The notes: generated by a model from the sequence alone, not told the origin. Positions 39,601 through 48,383 are shown, counted from the first letter of the stretch. The stretch is DNA of 64,000 nucleotides from Candidatus Latescibacterota bacterium (GCA_965261395.1 OZ253462.1:2432001-2496000); one strand, 5' to 3'. Program-made: numbers and translations.

Positions 39601-39772
39601 TGCCCAGTCCGCCGAAGGGGAAGACGAAAAGCAGCAGCTTGTGGAAGCACTGCAAGCGACCAACTGGATGATCTATGGCGAGCGCGGCGCGGCGCGCTTG
39701 TTGGGGATGAATCCGGAGAAGCTGCGCTACCGCATGCAGAAGTACGGGTTGCGCCGACCGAAGAAATCGTAG
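36629..39772 (+). CDS. Sigma54-dependent activator (bEBP) with N-terminal Reg_prop beta-propellers and YYY domain
   Basis: Repeated 'DxxGxLWIGT/GLP' blades and YYY-like segment; GETGTGK, ESELFGHEKGAFTGA, LFLDEIG, FREDLFYRL, WPGNVR; C-terminal Fis HTH. No signal peptide or TM helix. Confidence 0.93.
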   Translation: MSDISFEHVLSSQYTVFDGLTGMHVEDIYQDRQGFLWIATADGGVSRFDSARFDTFGLKDGLPNLTVMAIAEDADGRLLFGTFGGGIAAYDGRGFQVYTTEHGLPSNEILGLQVQSDGSILVLTSAGVAWFAEGRCVKCITDVGGQPLGRVYDMATDVGGTTWLAAWRGVISLDGQRMGIGDRASQWPWKFAQDPSGHLWISFHYTGTEVLIGRYDPRDQHLECINVGKGDEGVVNHGTRHVRADERGWLWLTHRGVMVHDGQEWHPFSASLPDIDFSATRLTYEDREGNIWIGLWGGGLIFCNPASIRRYTEADGLPDREVRHLGEDHEGRMWIGTMAGMACMEEGQIRPVETEEIVSAMVVDGQGQVWSGGEAGKVYKWEGQTPQAIPVAEGTHPEEIAGLCEDGQGRIWVGTSDGRFGWIEKNRFICLDECSTALQDQDGVFWAGALLRDQDGVFWIGSVGVVPALYCYEDGHLRPADMAEAESIAYVNVLWEHQNTLWVGTAKGLFTLDLSSREVRHFTAEQFGLSANGILALTADSQGSIWMGTSGGGVLRYDGETFQSIRLGPSALENMVEAVLCDRRGRMWFGTRAGLVAYQPGHTPPRLVIREVMAGTRLAAPEAVSCPESTPEIRIHFQGISFRTGAGQMRYSHRLLGHGPVEQWSAFTVADAVAYSALPVGEYRFEVRTMDRDGLLSEVAGLDVHVLPDAKTERIHALEKALRAADHVVHSESWAMRQVLEQTVRVAETAMTVLVLGETGTGKGLLAQTIHETSTRRKRPFIRVNCGALPAGLVESELFGHEKGAFTGAASRQLGRFELADGGTLFLDEIGDLPLESQRVLLHILEENALTRVGGKQPVAVDVRVVAATNRDLRQAIQEGTFREDLFYRLSVFTLELPPLRQRQEDIPALAAHFAERYAQHLRRPAPTIDDGVVAHLQAYSWPGNVRALEHLIQRAVLLCKDGVIRVEDLPFLLVGQRAGDTDARKPFSPLAQSAEGEDEKQQLVEALQATNWMIYGERGAARLLGMNPEKLRYRMQKYGLRRPKKS

Positions 39773-39780
39773 GCGGTCAA

Positions 39781-39841
39781 CACGGAAAGTCGTGGAAAAA
39801 CACGGAAAATCGTGGACTTTCCACGGAAAGCCGTGGAAAGT
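39781..39841. promoter_or_regulatory. Three dyad sites, putative upstream activator sequences
   Basis: CACGGAAA(G/A)(T/C)CGTGG at 39781, 39801 and 39822. The third lies within the perfect inverted repeat ACTTTCCACGG-AAAG-CCGTGGAAAGT. Confidence 0.7.
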
Positions 39842-39910
39842 CTCGCGCGATGGCTGAAGTCGCGCATCGTAGGACGCTCCACTATATTATTTTTAAGTGT
39901 TATGTTTTTC

Positions 39911-39941
39911 AATCCTTTAGGGTTCTCCTAAAGGATTTTTT
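39911..39941 (+). terminator. Intrinsic terminator for the bEBP gene
   Basis: AATCCTTTAGG-GTTCT-CCTAAAGGATT running into a T tract. Confidence 0.65.
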
Positions 39942-39956
39942 GTCGGCGGCCGAATT

Positions 39957-39974
39957 TTTGGCACGGAATGTGCG
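39957..39974 (+). promoter_or_regulatory. Sigma54 -24/-12 promoter
   Basis: TTTGGCACGGAATGTGCG: GG(39960-61)-N10-GC(39972-73), matching TGGCACG-N4-TTGC with one mismatch. Confidence 0.85.
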
Positions 39975-40036
39975 TTATATCTCATCAGCCGCGCACCACA
40001 TGGTCCTCCTCAAACCCCAACGGAAGAGGAAATCTG

Positions 40037-42076
40037 ATGAACGTATATTCCGCCGCCCTAATGGCCATAGTCGCTTCCGTGAGCCTCTGCCTAGGTTCAA
40101 CAAGCGCCCAAAGCCAGCCCCACGCCGCAATCGTCACCGGCGAAGTCCACAACGCTCCGTCGCGGGAAATCGAGTTCCTCCACGAACCGCTACTCGCTCC
40201 CGGGCCGTCCCAACACTACATCGCCTTGGACGAGCAAAACCGCTTTGCCCTCCTCTTGAACGTTCCCAAGGGAATTTTCGTCACCGGGCATTACAAAGAT
40301 GAACACCACATCCCCTTCTTTGTCGAACCCGGCGATAGCCTGCATGCTGTTGTAACCTTCGCCGAGGTGACGGAAGCCGACTCTTTGGCGGCGGTGGAAT
40401 CTGACAGTTTGCACAGTGCAGCCGATGAAGCGCCTCCCTCTTACTCCCTGACTTTTAACGGCCGGGGCGCGGAGAACAATCGCTTTTTAGCGGAGTTCTG
40501 GCCTCAACATCATTCCTTCGAACCAGATTATGCGCTGGAGTCCGAGGAGTTTGCACGACAAGTCAAACAGCAGCGTCAGGATGAATTTGCTTTGCTCGCC
40601 GAAGGGAGAAAAAAATACGCTCTTTCTTTGGGGTTCATCGACTGTATGACGCTCTTTCTCAACTACAAGTGGGCCGATCAGACGGTTTCTTATCCGCTGT
40701 TTTCGTTTAGAAACGGCGTCCTATCTCGCATGGCCAATGCCGACCCCTCCAACAGAAGAGCGGTCCCTCCGAACTACTACGACTTCCTACAAGAAATTCC
40801 CTTGATAAATGAAAAGGCTATCGGCGTGGGGGAGTATCGCAGGTTTCTGGTGAATACCCTAGAGTCGGAGGCGAAGTCGGACGGGCTACCTAGACTTTCC
40901 GATAGGTACAAGCTGTCGGGATTGGGTCTGTCGGAGTCCGTCCGCACCCGACTCGACTCCATGTACGACGCGAACAATCCACTTAGATTATCACAGATGA
41001 TCGATCTGTCGGGATTGGGTCTGTCGGAGGGTGCCCAAGCCCAACTCGACTCTATGTACGAAAACCCCAAAGAGGTCAGTGCGTCCGAAAAGGCCGCTTG
41101 GTTGGGGTTGGAGTTATCGCCCGCCGCCCAAGCCCAACTCGACGCTTATGAGGAGCATAGTGTGTTCCTCACTGATACCACGAAGACCGATACGACGGGC
41201 GGGAGATTGACCTTCCATATGCCCATGGCAAAAATCAACGAGTGGTTTGCCTACCTAAACAATCGTCCGCTATCGACAAAGGTTGACGTGTCGAGTTTGG
41301 AGTTATCACCAGCCGCCCAAGCCCAACTCGACTCCATGTTCCAAAATCGCAAACCACTCAAGCTATCCCAAAGGGTTGACTTAGCGGCCTTGGGTCTATC
41401 GCCGGCCACCCAATCCCAACTCGACTCCATCTTTGCTGGACCGAGTTTTCCTATCTTCCTAGGGGCTGCAGAACGATACGACCTAGCCAAGCAAAAACTG
41501 CAAGGGCGAGTACTCTACTGGTTCTTGGCCGGAGAGTTGAGGACTGGAATTAAGTTCGGCCAGGAAGCCTATGTGGATGCCCGCTGGCAATCCTTCGAAG
41601 AGAACAATCCCTTCCCCAAGTACACCGAAGCCCTCCAAGCGGAAATGAACAAGACCCTAGTCCTACAACCCGGGCAACCTGCTCCCGATTTCACCCTCTA
41701 TGACCCCGACGGCCAATCCGTATCGCTGAGCCAGTTCAAGGGCAAGGTGGTCTTGATGGATTTCTGGGCGAGTTGGTGCGGACCGTGCATTGGCGATTTG
41801 GAAACTCTCCGCAAGATCAAGGAACAAGTGGCTGCCCAGCCGGTCGTCTTCCTCAACGTCTCGTTGGACGCGAATGAAGGAGCTTGGAAGAAGGCCATTG
41901 CCAAACACCAGATCCAAGGCGTCCACGTACGCTCGGACGGCGCGGTAACGCAAGCCTATAATGTGTTCGGCATTCCTCGGTATTATCTGGTGGATCCACA
42001 AGGGCTAATTGTGGAGGATCGTTTGAGGGTATTTGACATTGATGAGGTAGTGGCAAAAATCGAGGAAAATCTGTGA
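40037..42076 (+). CDS. Exported TlpA/thioredoxin-like protein with internal ~31-aa repeats
   Basis: Signal peptide; GQPAPDFTL, KGKVVLMDFWASWCGPC, GIPRYYLVD. Confidence 0.88.
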   Translation: MNVYSAALMAIVASVSLCLGSTSAQSQPHAAIVTGEVHNAPSREIEFLHEPLLAPGPSQHYIALDEQNRFALLLNVPKGIFVTGHYKDEHHIPFFVEPGDSLHAVVTFAEVTEADSLAAVESDSLHSAADEAPPSYSLTFNGRGAENNRFLAEFWPQHHSFEPDYALESEEFARQVKQQRQDEFALLAEGRKKYALSLGFIDCMTLFLNYKWADQTVSYPLFSFRNGVLSRMANADPSNRRAVPPNYYDFLQEIPLINEKAIGVGEYRRFLVNTLESEAKSDGLPRLSDRYKLSGLGLSESVRTRLDSMYDANNPLRLSQMIDLSGLGLSEGAQAQLDSMYENPKEVSASEKAAWLGLELSPAAQAQLDAYEEHSVFLTDTTKTDTTGGRLTFHMPMAKINEWFAYLNNRPLSTKVDVSSLELSPAAQAQLDSMFQNRKPLKLSQRVDLAALGLSPATQSQLDSIFAGPSFPIFLGAAERYDLAKQKLQGRVLYWFLAGELRTGIKFGQEAYVDARWQSFEENNPFPKYTEALQAEMNKTLVLQPGQPAPDFTLYDPDGQSVSLSQFKGKVVLMDFWASWCGPCIGDLETLRKIKEQVAAQPVVFLNVSLDANEGAWKKAIAKHQIQGVHVRSDGAVTQAYNVFGIPRYYLVDPQGLIVEDRLRVFDIDEVVAKIEENL

Positions 42077-42135
42077 GGACAGCCGACCCAATCACCACAC
42101 ACCGCGACCATCGCGGGGAATATGGAGGTAATGTC

Positions 42136-44262
42136 ATGTTGAGGTTCGCTATCATTGTATGCGCTGTGCTGTGGAGCAGTTTCGCCGAGGCGATGACGTG
42201 GGATTTCGACGATGGGACGACCCAAGGGTGGGCTGCCAAAACAGGCAATGGATGGGGCGGCACGTTTGAATTTAACCTGTTTCCGGGGGTAGTCGAAGAC
42301 GGCGTGTGGACGATTGATGTCTCGCCCTCAATGGTCGGAGTTGCGCTTCCTAGCCCGAGTGTCGAAGTAATTTCGCCTATCATAGACCATGATTCGGGCC
42401 TGTTCGACCGGGTCCGGGCTCGGGTGCGCACCATCCATCATGGTCCTACGGTCGGTTCCTTTTCGCTGGCTTGGACCAATGAGCACAACCGCACGAAGCC
42501 AGGTCATGATCCAGAGCATTGGGGTTTAGGAGGCCGGTTTAGGTTTTTAGGACAAAGCGGCTTCGTCTATACCACCGAATGGCAGGAAGTGGAGTTCACG
42601 CTGCCCGAATCGGACGGGGAGATCGCACCGGACGACAGGGAGGTCTGGGAGGGGCTTTTACGGGATATTCGGCTGGGTTTTAGCTTGGATTGGGGCGAGC
42701 GAGGGGTGTCCCGGCCGGTGGACGAGCTAGTCGGGTGGTTTGAGATCGACTGGATAGAGTTGACCGGCGAGGAAGAGCTGTTAGCGGGGGAATTAGCCCC
42801 GCCGTCGGTAGAGTATTTCCGCTTTGAGGAGGCCGGACTTTTTGCCCCGCCGGTCTTCTCTCCCATTATATCGGAGTCAGAGCGCTCCTTCTTAAAAGGA
42901 TGGAGCGCTGCCGCCTTGACGGACTTAGATGGGGACGGCGATCTCGACTTGTTCTCCACTTGGGAGAATTTCCTCTCGCCTCCTTCCGTAAACGTCTGGG
43001 TCATGGCCCTCAATGACGGGAGGGGGACCTTTGAAACGGTGCACATTGAGAAGAGGATCGGAGAAGGGATCGATTATCTGCACGTCGGCGATTTGACCGG
43101 CGACGGCCAAGACGAGATCGCGACAAGAAAAGATTGGGAAATAACGGTCTGGTCTATTGGGCCAGATCTCCAAATGGAGGTGCTCACGCAGATCCAGGAT
43201 CGCTGGCTGGTGGATATGGTGGATGGGGATGGCGACGGCCGGGTCGAACTGTTTACGACCGACTTTACGGTGGAGGAAGCAAGAGCGTTAGAGGTCTGGG
43301 AGGTCGAGCAGGGGGAGTGGACGGCCACCCAGTTGGCGGTCACCGAAAACTATTTTCCCTCGCGGATGGGCGACTTTACGGGCGATGGGCAGTTGGACGT
43401 GCTGTGGTCACCGAGAGGCCGGGTGGGCAGGTGGATAGTAGCGGGTTTGGGCGACGCGCCGGAGGCGGGCGAGGTCGTCTTTGAAGCCACAGCCGATATG
43501 GCGGGTATTCTTTCTTCCCTTCTACAAGTGGGTGATTTTGATGGCGATGGGCAGGTGGACCTGCTCACGCCGCTCGAACGCAACACGTGGGAAGGGCCCA
43601 AGGGCCTTGTCGTCCGGAGCAGCCGATTAGGGGGCGGTGTAGATGAGAAGGTGCTGTATGATGATCGGCTGTTTATGCGCTCACCGGTGGTAGCGCGCGA
43701 CCTGAACGCCGACGGAGTAGAGGATTGGGCATTTGTCGGCGGGGACCGCGGATCGGGCTTTGGCGTGTTCGTCGAATGGGGTGGGGGCGTGAATCCGACT
43801 AAGGAGGTGGAGCAGCATCGTTTGGTCGGCGAAGGAGTACAGGTGCTGCCGGGGGATGTGGATGGGGACGGCGATGTGGACTTGGTGGTGTTAAATAGCG
43901 TCTTGGGCGGCGTGCAGGTATTGAAGAGTTTGGTGGGAGCGCCAGCGACCGCGGTGATGACGGCGGCGGCAGCGCGACCGGTGCAGTATCGGCTGGGCGA
44001 CAGCTATCCCAACCCGTTCAATCCGGCAGTCGTGATCCCCCTTGATTTGGCGACAGACGCGGCAGGGGTGTCGCTGAGGGTGTACGACGTGTTGGGGCGT
44101 CGGGTGCGGCAAGTGTGGCAAGGGCCGCTTGGGGCGGGCAGCCATCGTTTTTCTTGGGATGGCCGCGACGAGGCAGGGAAGGCGGTGGCCGCTGGGGTGT
44201 ATCTCTATCGGGTCGAGGTGGATGGACAGGTAGAAGCTAAGAAGACGACCAAGCTACCTTGA
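42136..44262 (+). CDS. Secreted FG-GAP/VCBS repeat protein with C-terminal FlgD domain
   Basis: Signal peptide; about seven D(L/F/V)xGDGxxD motifs; YPNPFNP...WDGRDEAG..VAAGVYLYR. GGAGG RBS. Confidence 0.88.
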   Translation: MLRFAIIVCAVLWSSFAEAMTWDFDDGTTQGWAAKTGNGWGGTFEFNLFPGVVEDGVWTIDVSPSMVGVALPSPSVEVISPIIDHDSGLFDRVRARVRTIHHGPTVGSFSLAWTNEHNRTKPGHDPEHWGLGGRFRFLGQSGFVYTTEWQEVEFTLPESDGEIAPDDREVWEGLLRDIRLGFSLDWGERGVSRPVDELVGWFEIDWIELTGEEELLAGELAPPSVEYFRFEEAGLFAPPVFSPIISESERSFLKGWSAAALTDLDGDGDLDLFSTWENFLSPPSVNVWVMALNDGRGTFETVHIEKRIGEGIDYLHVGDLTGDGQDEIATRKDWEITVWSIGPDLQMEVLTQIQDRWLVDMVDGDGDGRVELFTTDFTVEEARALEVWEVEQGEWTATQLAVTENYFPSRMGDFTGDGQLDVLWSPRGRVGRWIVAGLGDAPEAGEVVFEATADMAGILSSLLQVGDFDGDGQVDLLTPLERNTWEGPKGLVVRSSRLGGGVDEKVLYDDRLFMRSPVVARDLNADGVEDWAFVGGDRGSGFGVFVEWGGGVNPTKEVEQHRLVGEGVQVLPGDVDGDGDVDLVVLNSVLGGVQVLKSLVGAPATAVMTAAAARPVQYRLGDSYPNPFNPAVVIPLDLATDAAGVSLRVYDVLGRRVRQVWQGPLGAGSHRFSWDGRDEAGKAVAAGVYLYRVEVDGQVEAKKTTKLP

Positions 44263-44271
44263 GGGAGGGAC

Positions 44272-44598
44272 GTGGCAGATGAGACGGTCTTGGAGGGCAT
44301 CAGCATGGTGCGCATTAACACATTGAATCGCTGCGGCCGGACCTTAACCATCGAACTCATGGGGTATATCAATAAGACGGAGTTCGACATCCTGTATGAT
44401 TGCCTAAAATCGCATGTCGAGGAGGGGGTAAGGGAGGTCTGCATCGTGGGTAACGAAGTGCGGAGCATTAGTCCATTACTTAGGCGAGACGCGATCCGTT
44501 TGGGACAATTGGGTCTGACGTTGCGTTTTCAGCAACTCCCTCCCTCCATACAGAGGTCGCTGGAGAGTTGGGGCTTGGAGGCGTGGGTAGATGATTAG
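44272..44598 (+). CDS. Small STAS-like protein
   Basis: 108 aa with 'TIELMGYI...VRSIS...LTL....PSIQRSLESWGL', resembling the STAS pattern. GGAGG RBS. Confidence 0.5.
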   Translation: MADETVLEGISMVRINTLNRCGRTLTIELMGYINKTEFDILYDCLKSHVEEGVREVCIVGNEVRSISPLLRRDAIRLGQLGLTLRFQQLPPSIQRSLESWGLEAWVDD

Positions 44599-44643
44599 GG
44601 CGATGTGTCATTTGCTCGGCTTGGCAAAGAATAAGAGTAGAGC

Positions 44644-45420
44644 ATGACAGACGACGAAAAGTATTTCTTCGACCTCAACGGCTACCTCATCCTCAGGGAT
44701 GTCGTCGACGCCGACACCATCCGCCGCTGCAACGAGGCCATCGATCACTACGACGACCAGATCGAAGTCCACGAGCGCCGCTTTGAAGGCGAGTCCAAGG
44801 CCCTGACCAGCGACGTCCGCCAACGCTGGAGTGACGAGATGGTCGCCTGGGAGCGGCCCTACTGCGAGCCCTTCCGCCAATTGATGGTGCACCCCCGCCT
44901 CAAACCCTACCTGAACGAACTGATGGGTGCCTATCACATGGCCGCGCGGCCGCGACTAATTGTGATGGACAAAGGCTGCGCCGGTCACTACCTCCACGGC
45001 GGCCAACTCGATCGGCTGTCCTATTCGCTGACCTATCACTGGAAATTCGGCAAGATCTACAACAGCCTGACCTTGGTAGAATTCCCACTGGCCGACGAAG
45101 GCCCCGGCGACGGCGGCTTGGCCGTAGTCCCCGGCGGCCATAAAGCCAACTATCCGATCCCCGAAGCGCTGCGCGATTGCGAGGCTTTCCAAGATGAAGT
45201 CGTCGAGGTCAACGTGCGCGCTGGCGATGTGGTGATCTTCGCCGAAGCCACCATTCACGGCACCTTAGTCTGGCAAGCGGACCATCAACGCCGCACCCTG
45301 CTCTACCCCTACTGCCCGCGCTACCAAGCCCGCGTTCCCTCCATCCACGAAGTATCGTATCCGCCCTCCATCCAAGACATGACGCCAGAGCAACAAGCCG
45401 TCCTCCGGCCACCACACTAG
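44644..45420 (+). CDS. PhyH-family 2OG-Fe(II) dioxygenase (HxG variant)
   Basis: EKYFFDLNGYL, LHGG, GGLAVVPGGHK, AGDVVIF.EATIHGT, RRTLLY. Confidence 0.88.
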   Translation: MTDDEKYFFDLNGYLILRDVVDADTIRRCNEAIDHYDDQIEVHERRFEGESKALTSDVRQRWSDEMVAWERPYCEPFRQLMVHPRLKPYLNELMGAYHMAARPRLIVMDKGCAGHYLHGGQLDRLSYSLTYHWKFGKIYNSLTLVEFPLADEGPGDGGLAVVPGGHKANYPIPEALRDCEAFQDEVVEVNVRAGDVVIFAEATIHGTLVWQADHQRRTLLYPYCPRYQARVPSIHEVSYPPSIQDMTPEQQAVLRPPH

Positions 45421-45422
45421 CC

Positions 45423-45473
45423 CCCGATTACATCCTCGACATGAGCGACGAAGAACGCGCCATGCTCAGTTAG
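45423..45473 (+). pseudogene. Relic second PhyH-like C-terminus
   Basis: PDYILDMSDEERAMLS* lies just after the stop and parallels the gene's own tail PPSIQDMTPEQQAVLR. Confidence 0.5.
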
Positions 45474-45507
45474 GGGCCTCCTCATCCTTGAGTCGGCTTC
45501 TCAAGAG

Positions 45508-46392
45508 CTACTCCGGCTCCTCGCCAATATTCGCCAGCCGAGCCTTTGTCTCCGCGTAAAGATCCGCGGGCAGTGGACCCGCCAAGGCCGCAGCGACGTT
45601 GGACTTCATGTGCTCGAGGTTCGTCGTGCCGACAATCGTCGTGTGACACGCTGGATGCGCGAGGGTGAAGCGCAGGACAAACTCGTGCCGACTCATCCCG
45701 CCGATGAGTTCGTCGAGCCCCGCCTGCTCCCACTTTGATTGGCGTTCTTCACTAGCTCGGTGTCCCAAGCTAATGCCACCGCGAATGACAATGCCAGCTC
45801 CGGCGTCGGCCGCTTCCTGAATCATCCTTTCGTGCTGGCGCTCAAGAGCCGAATAGGGAATCTGGAAAGCGTCAAAAGCCTCCGACTCCACGAATGCGGC
45901 CAGATGCGGCACCGTCGAAGACACGCCGATAAAACGGGTCTTTCCCGCCTGTCGAATGTCCTCAAGTACTTCGATCAGCCCTCCCAACTCGACGTCTTCC
46001 ACGGTGGGATTGTGCATCTGTAGCAGATCTACGCAGTCGGTCTTCAGGCGGCGCAGACTCTGGTCGATGTTGGTGCGCAGACGCTCGGCCGTCCACAGGT
46101 GGCCCGGCTCCAGTCTGGTGCCATCCTCGTCGATGTTGCAGCCACACTTGGTAGCCAAGTAGAACTCGTCGCGGCGATGGCTGAGGTACTTGCCGATCCG
46201 CTCCTCGCTAGCGCCGTAATCCGGGGCCGTGTCAACGAGGTTGATCCCTGCATCGAGAGCCGCATTCAATACGCTGCCTGCCTGATCGTCGTACTCCGCT
46301 TCATCCGGCAGCTCGCGCTCGGCCGCTCCGAAGCCGAGTTGGGTGACCTCGAGCCTCGTGCGACCCAAGGTGCGTTTAGTCAAATGTTCCAT
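45508..46392 (-). CDS. Aldo/keto reductase
   Basis: LGRTRLEVTQLGFG, DTAPDYG, ATK, SLRRLKTDCVDLLQMH, GKTRFIGVS. Confidence 0.92.
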   Translation of the reverse strand: MEHLTKRTLGRTRLEVTQLGFGAAERELPDEAEYDDQAGSVLNAALDAGINLVDTAPDYGASEERIGKYLSHRRDEFYLATKCGCNIDEDGTRLEPGHLWTAERLRTNIDQSLRRLKTDCVDLLQMHNPTVEDVELGGLIEVLEDIRQAGKTRFIGVSSTVPHLAAFVESEAFDAFQIPYSALERQHERMIQEAADAGAGIVIRGGISLGHRASEERQSKWEQAGLDELIGGMSRHEFVLRFTLAHPACHTTIVGTTNLEHMKSNVAAALAGPLPADLYAETKARLANIGEEPE

Positions 46393-46424
46393 TGTTCCTC
46401 CTCAAGTAGGTGTTACTGATCGCT

Positions 46425-48383
46425 TCATTCGTGGCTAGCCGCCCGCTCCCGCACCATTTCGTGGCCCTCAAACAAATCCCGCGCCACCGTCCCCTGCGCT
46501 TGACGAGGTGGCTCGGCCCCCAGCATCTGGCAGAAGGTGGGCACTACATCGGCGGCGTGGATGTACCCCAGCTTGTCCACCGGCCGCTCGTATCCCTGCT
46601 TCACTCCCGGCCCGGCTAGCAACCACGAGCCATAACTGGACGAGGTCTCACTTTCGGTCGGCAAAAAACCCCCGTGGTGCGCCCCGTACACATTGGGCGC
46701 TCCAACACAGCCTCCGCCGGCAATGCCCCGCCACTGTCCGTAGTACCCGCTCACGTACCCGTGGTCCCAAGCAAAAACCACGTCGCCGCACTGGTCCCCC
46801 CATTGGCCGAGGATGTACGCGTCACGCCGAGGCAAGGCTATGGCCACTGGATTGCGCCCCACTTCCTGGTCAACCCAAGTGCGCAGGGCCAGCAGCAACT
46901 CGGCCTCAATGCGGTCGAATTCTGGTCCTGGCTCGGCGTTGATGAAAATGTCAAACCCCTTGTCGTCCTTCATATAGGCCTGGGTGCGCTCCCAGTCGAT
47001 ATCCTCCTCGCGCACTTGATCGCGCACCAGCATCTCTTCCCCGCCCTTGAGTGCCAGAAATCCCTGATCGTGCAAAAACTGCCGGATATTGGCCACCCGC
47101 ACATCGGGCGAGCACCCGTGGTCGGACACCACGCCCACGTACGTATGCTCATCCGCATCCTCCCACAGCCGCCCCAAAATGCGGTCCCCCACCTGATAGG
47201 CCCGCCGAAAATAGTCCAAGTACTGTTCGGCACGCTCGGCGGCATACCCCGGGCACACGGGATCCACGTCCCCGAGATGAATGTGGTTGAGATAGTCGTA
47301 TAGATGCCAGTGGCAAAGAAAAAAGGAACAACCCCGCTCGCGCAGCATGTAGCGGGCGACCTCGGCAAACCACATCCCTTGGTACTCGCATTCTTCCAAG
47401 GCTGTGTCAAAATCGGCCATCCCTGCGGTATAGGGCAACATGGAGGCGTGTTCCTGATACGGCCCAAAGCGCTCCACTAGGTCCCTAGCCAACTCGTCGG
47501 GCAGGGTGAAGCCATCGGTATAGGTCACTTGGGTGCGGTAGAGCTTGAGGCTGCTGCCGTCCGCGGCCAGTTCCATCAGCTTGAAGCGCACCGACGCCGA
47601 GCGCTGGCCGCCGTCAATGGCAAAGTCCTCCACCGCCCACTCGCTCCACTGGCCCACCCCGGCAACGGCTATGCAACCGGCTCCGTCCCGGTCCCGACAC
47701 ACCAGCACCCGGTCGTAGCCCTTTCCCACGCTGTCCACCGCCAGCAGATGGAACGCGGTGACATCCCCGCCCAACCGAGCCACCACCTCAATGCGGCTCT
47801 CCAGCGGCGGAGCATGACTTGCGGGCAGGTTCTGCCACTCCTGCGCCGGTGTTAGCGGCGGGATCGGCTCGACGCTGCGCTGTTCCTGCCGCACGGCCGT
47901 CCCATCGTGGTCCATCTCGATAGCTTCCTCTAGCGCGGCCTCCGTGGTATAGGCCTGGCAGATAGCCACTTCAAAATCCGTACTGCGGTGCCCGGGGTGG
48001 CCAAAGCCATCGACCACAAAGCCCGTCTCCACCCCGGAGGGATGGGCCGCCGGATAGTGCACAGCCACGCTCTGCAGGCCCGCCCGCTCCAAGGCGTTCC
48101 AGATGCGCTCGGCATTGTTGGCCCGCCCGTCGAAACTGTCGATCCGCTGGCCCGGCGCGACTTCCACCCGCCAGCGCGTCACCCCGTGCGTGCCCGTATG
48201 CGCCCCCGTCGAAAGAGTTGCCCAGTTGGTCGGGGTCCACACTGGGAAGGAGGGCAGGGTCTGGTTGACCGTCCCCTCGCGCAGCAGGCGCTCGAAGTGG
48301 GGCAAGGCCCCTTCCGCGGCGAATCGCTTCATCATCGGGACGATAAAGCCGTCCATGCCAAAGGCGTAAATTTTGCGCTCCAT
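46425..48383 (-). CDS. Alkaline phosphatase superfamily protein (type I phosphodiesterase/NPP-like)
   Basis: FGMDG, PVWTPTNWATLSTG (Thr nucleophile), DYLNH, VSDHG, GAHHG, DVVPT. Confidence 0.85.
   Translation of the reverse strand: MERKIYAFGMDGFIVPMMKRFAAEGALPHFERLLREGTVNQTLPSFPVWTPTNWATLSTGAHTGTHGVTRWRVEVAPGQRIDSFDGRANNAERIWNALERAGLQSVAVHYPAAHPSGVETGFVVDGFGHPGHRSTDFEVAICQAYTTEAALEEAIEMDHDGTAVRQEQRSVEPIPPLTPAQEWQNLPASHAPPLESRIEVVARLGGDVTAFHLLAVDSVGKGYDRVLVCRDRDGAGCIAVAGVGQWSEWAVEDFAIDGGQRSASVRFKLMELAADGSSLKLYRTQVTYTDGFTLPDELARDLVERFGPYQEHASMLPYTAGMADFDTALEECEYQGMWFAEVARYMLRERGCSFFLCHWHLYDYLNHIHLGDVDPVCPGYAAERAEQYLDYFRRAYQVGDRILGRLWEDADEHTYVGVVSDHGCSPDVRVANIRQFLHDQGFLALKGGEEMLVRDQVREEDIDWERTQAYMKDDKGFDIFINAEPGPEFDRIEAELLLALRTWVDQEVGRNPVAIALPRRDAYILGQWGDQCGDVVFAWDHGYVSGYYGQWRGIAGGGCVGAPNVYGAHHGGFLPTESETSSSYGSWLLAGPGVKQGYERPVDKLGYIHAADVVPTFCQMLGAEPPRQAQGTVARDLFEGHEMVRERAASHE

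Noticed and set aside
39781-39841. Short repeats as a mini-CRISPR or iteron set
   Set aside because: Period is only 20-21 bp. Position upstream of a -24/-12 promoter explains them better.
46425-48383. Possible PglZ/BREX component
   Set aside because: Full-length NPP-like architecture and no other BREX genes nearby.
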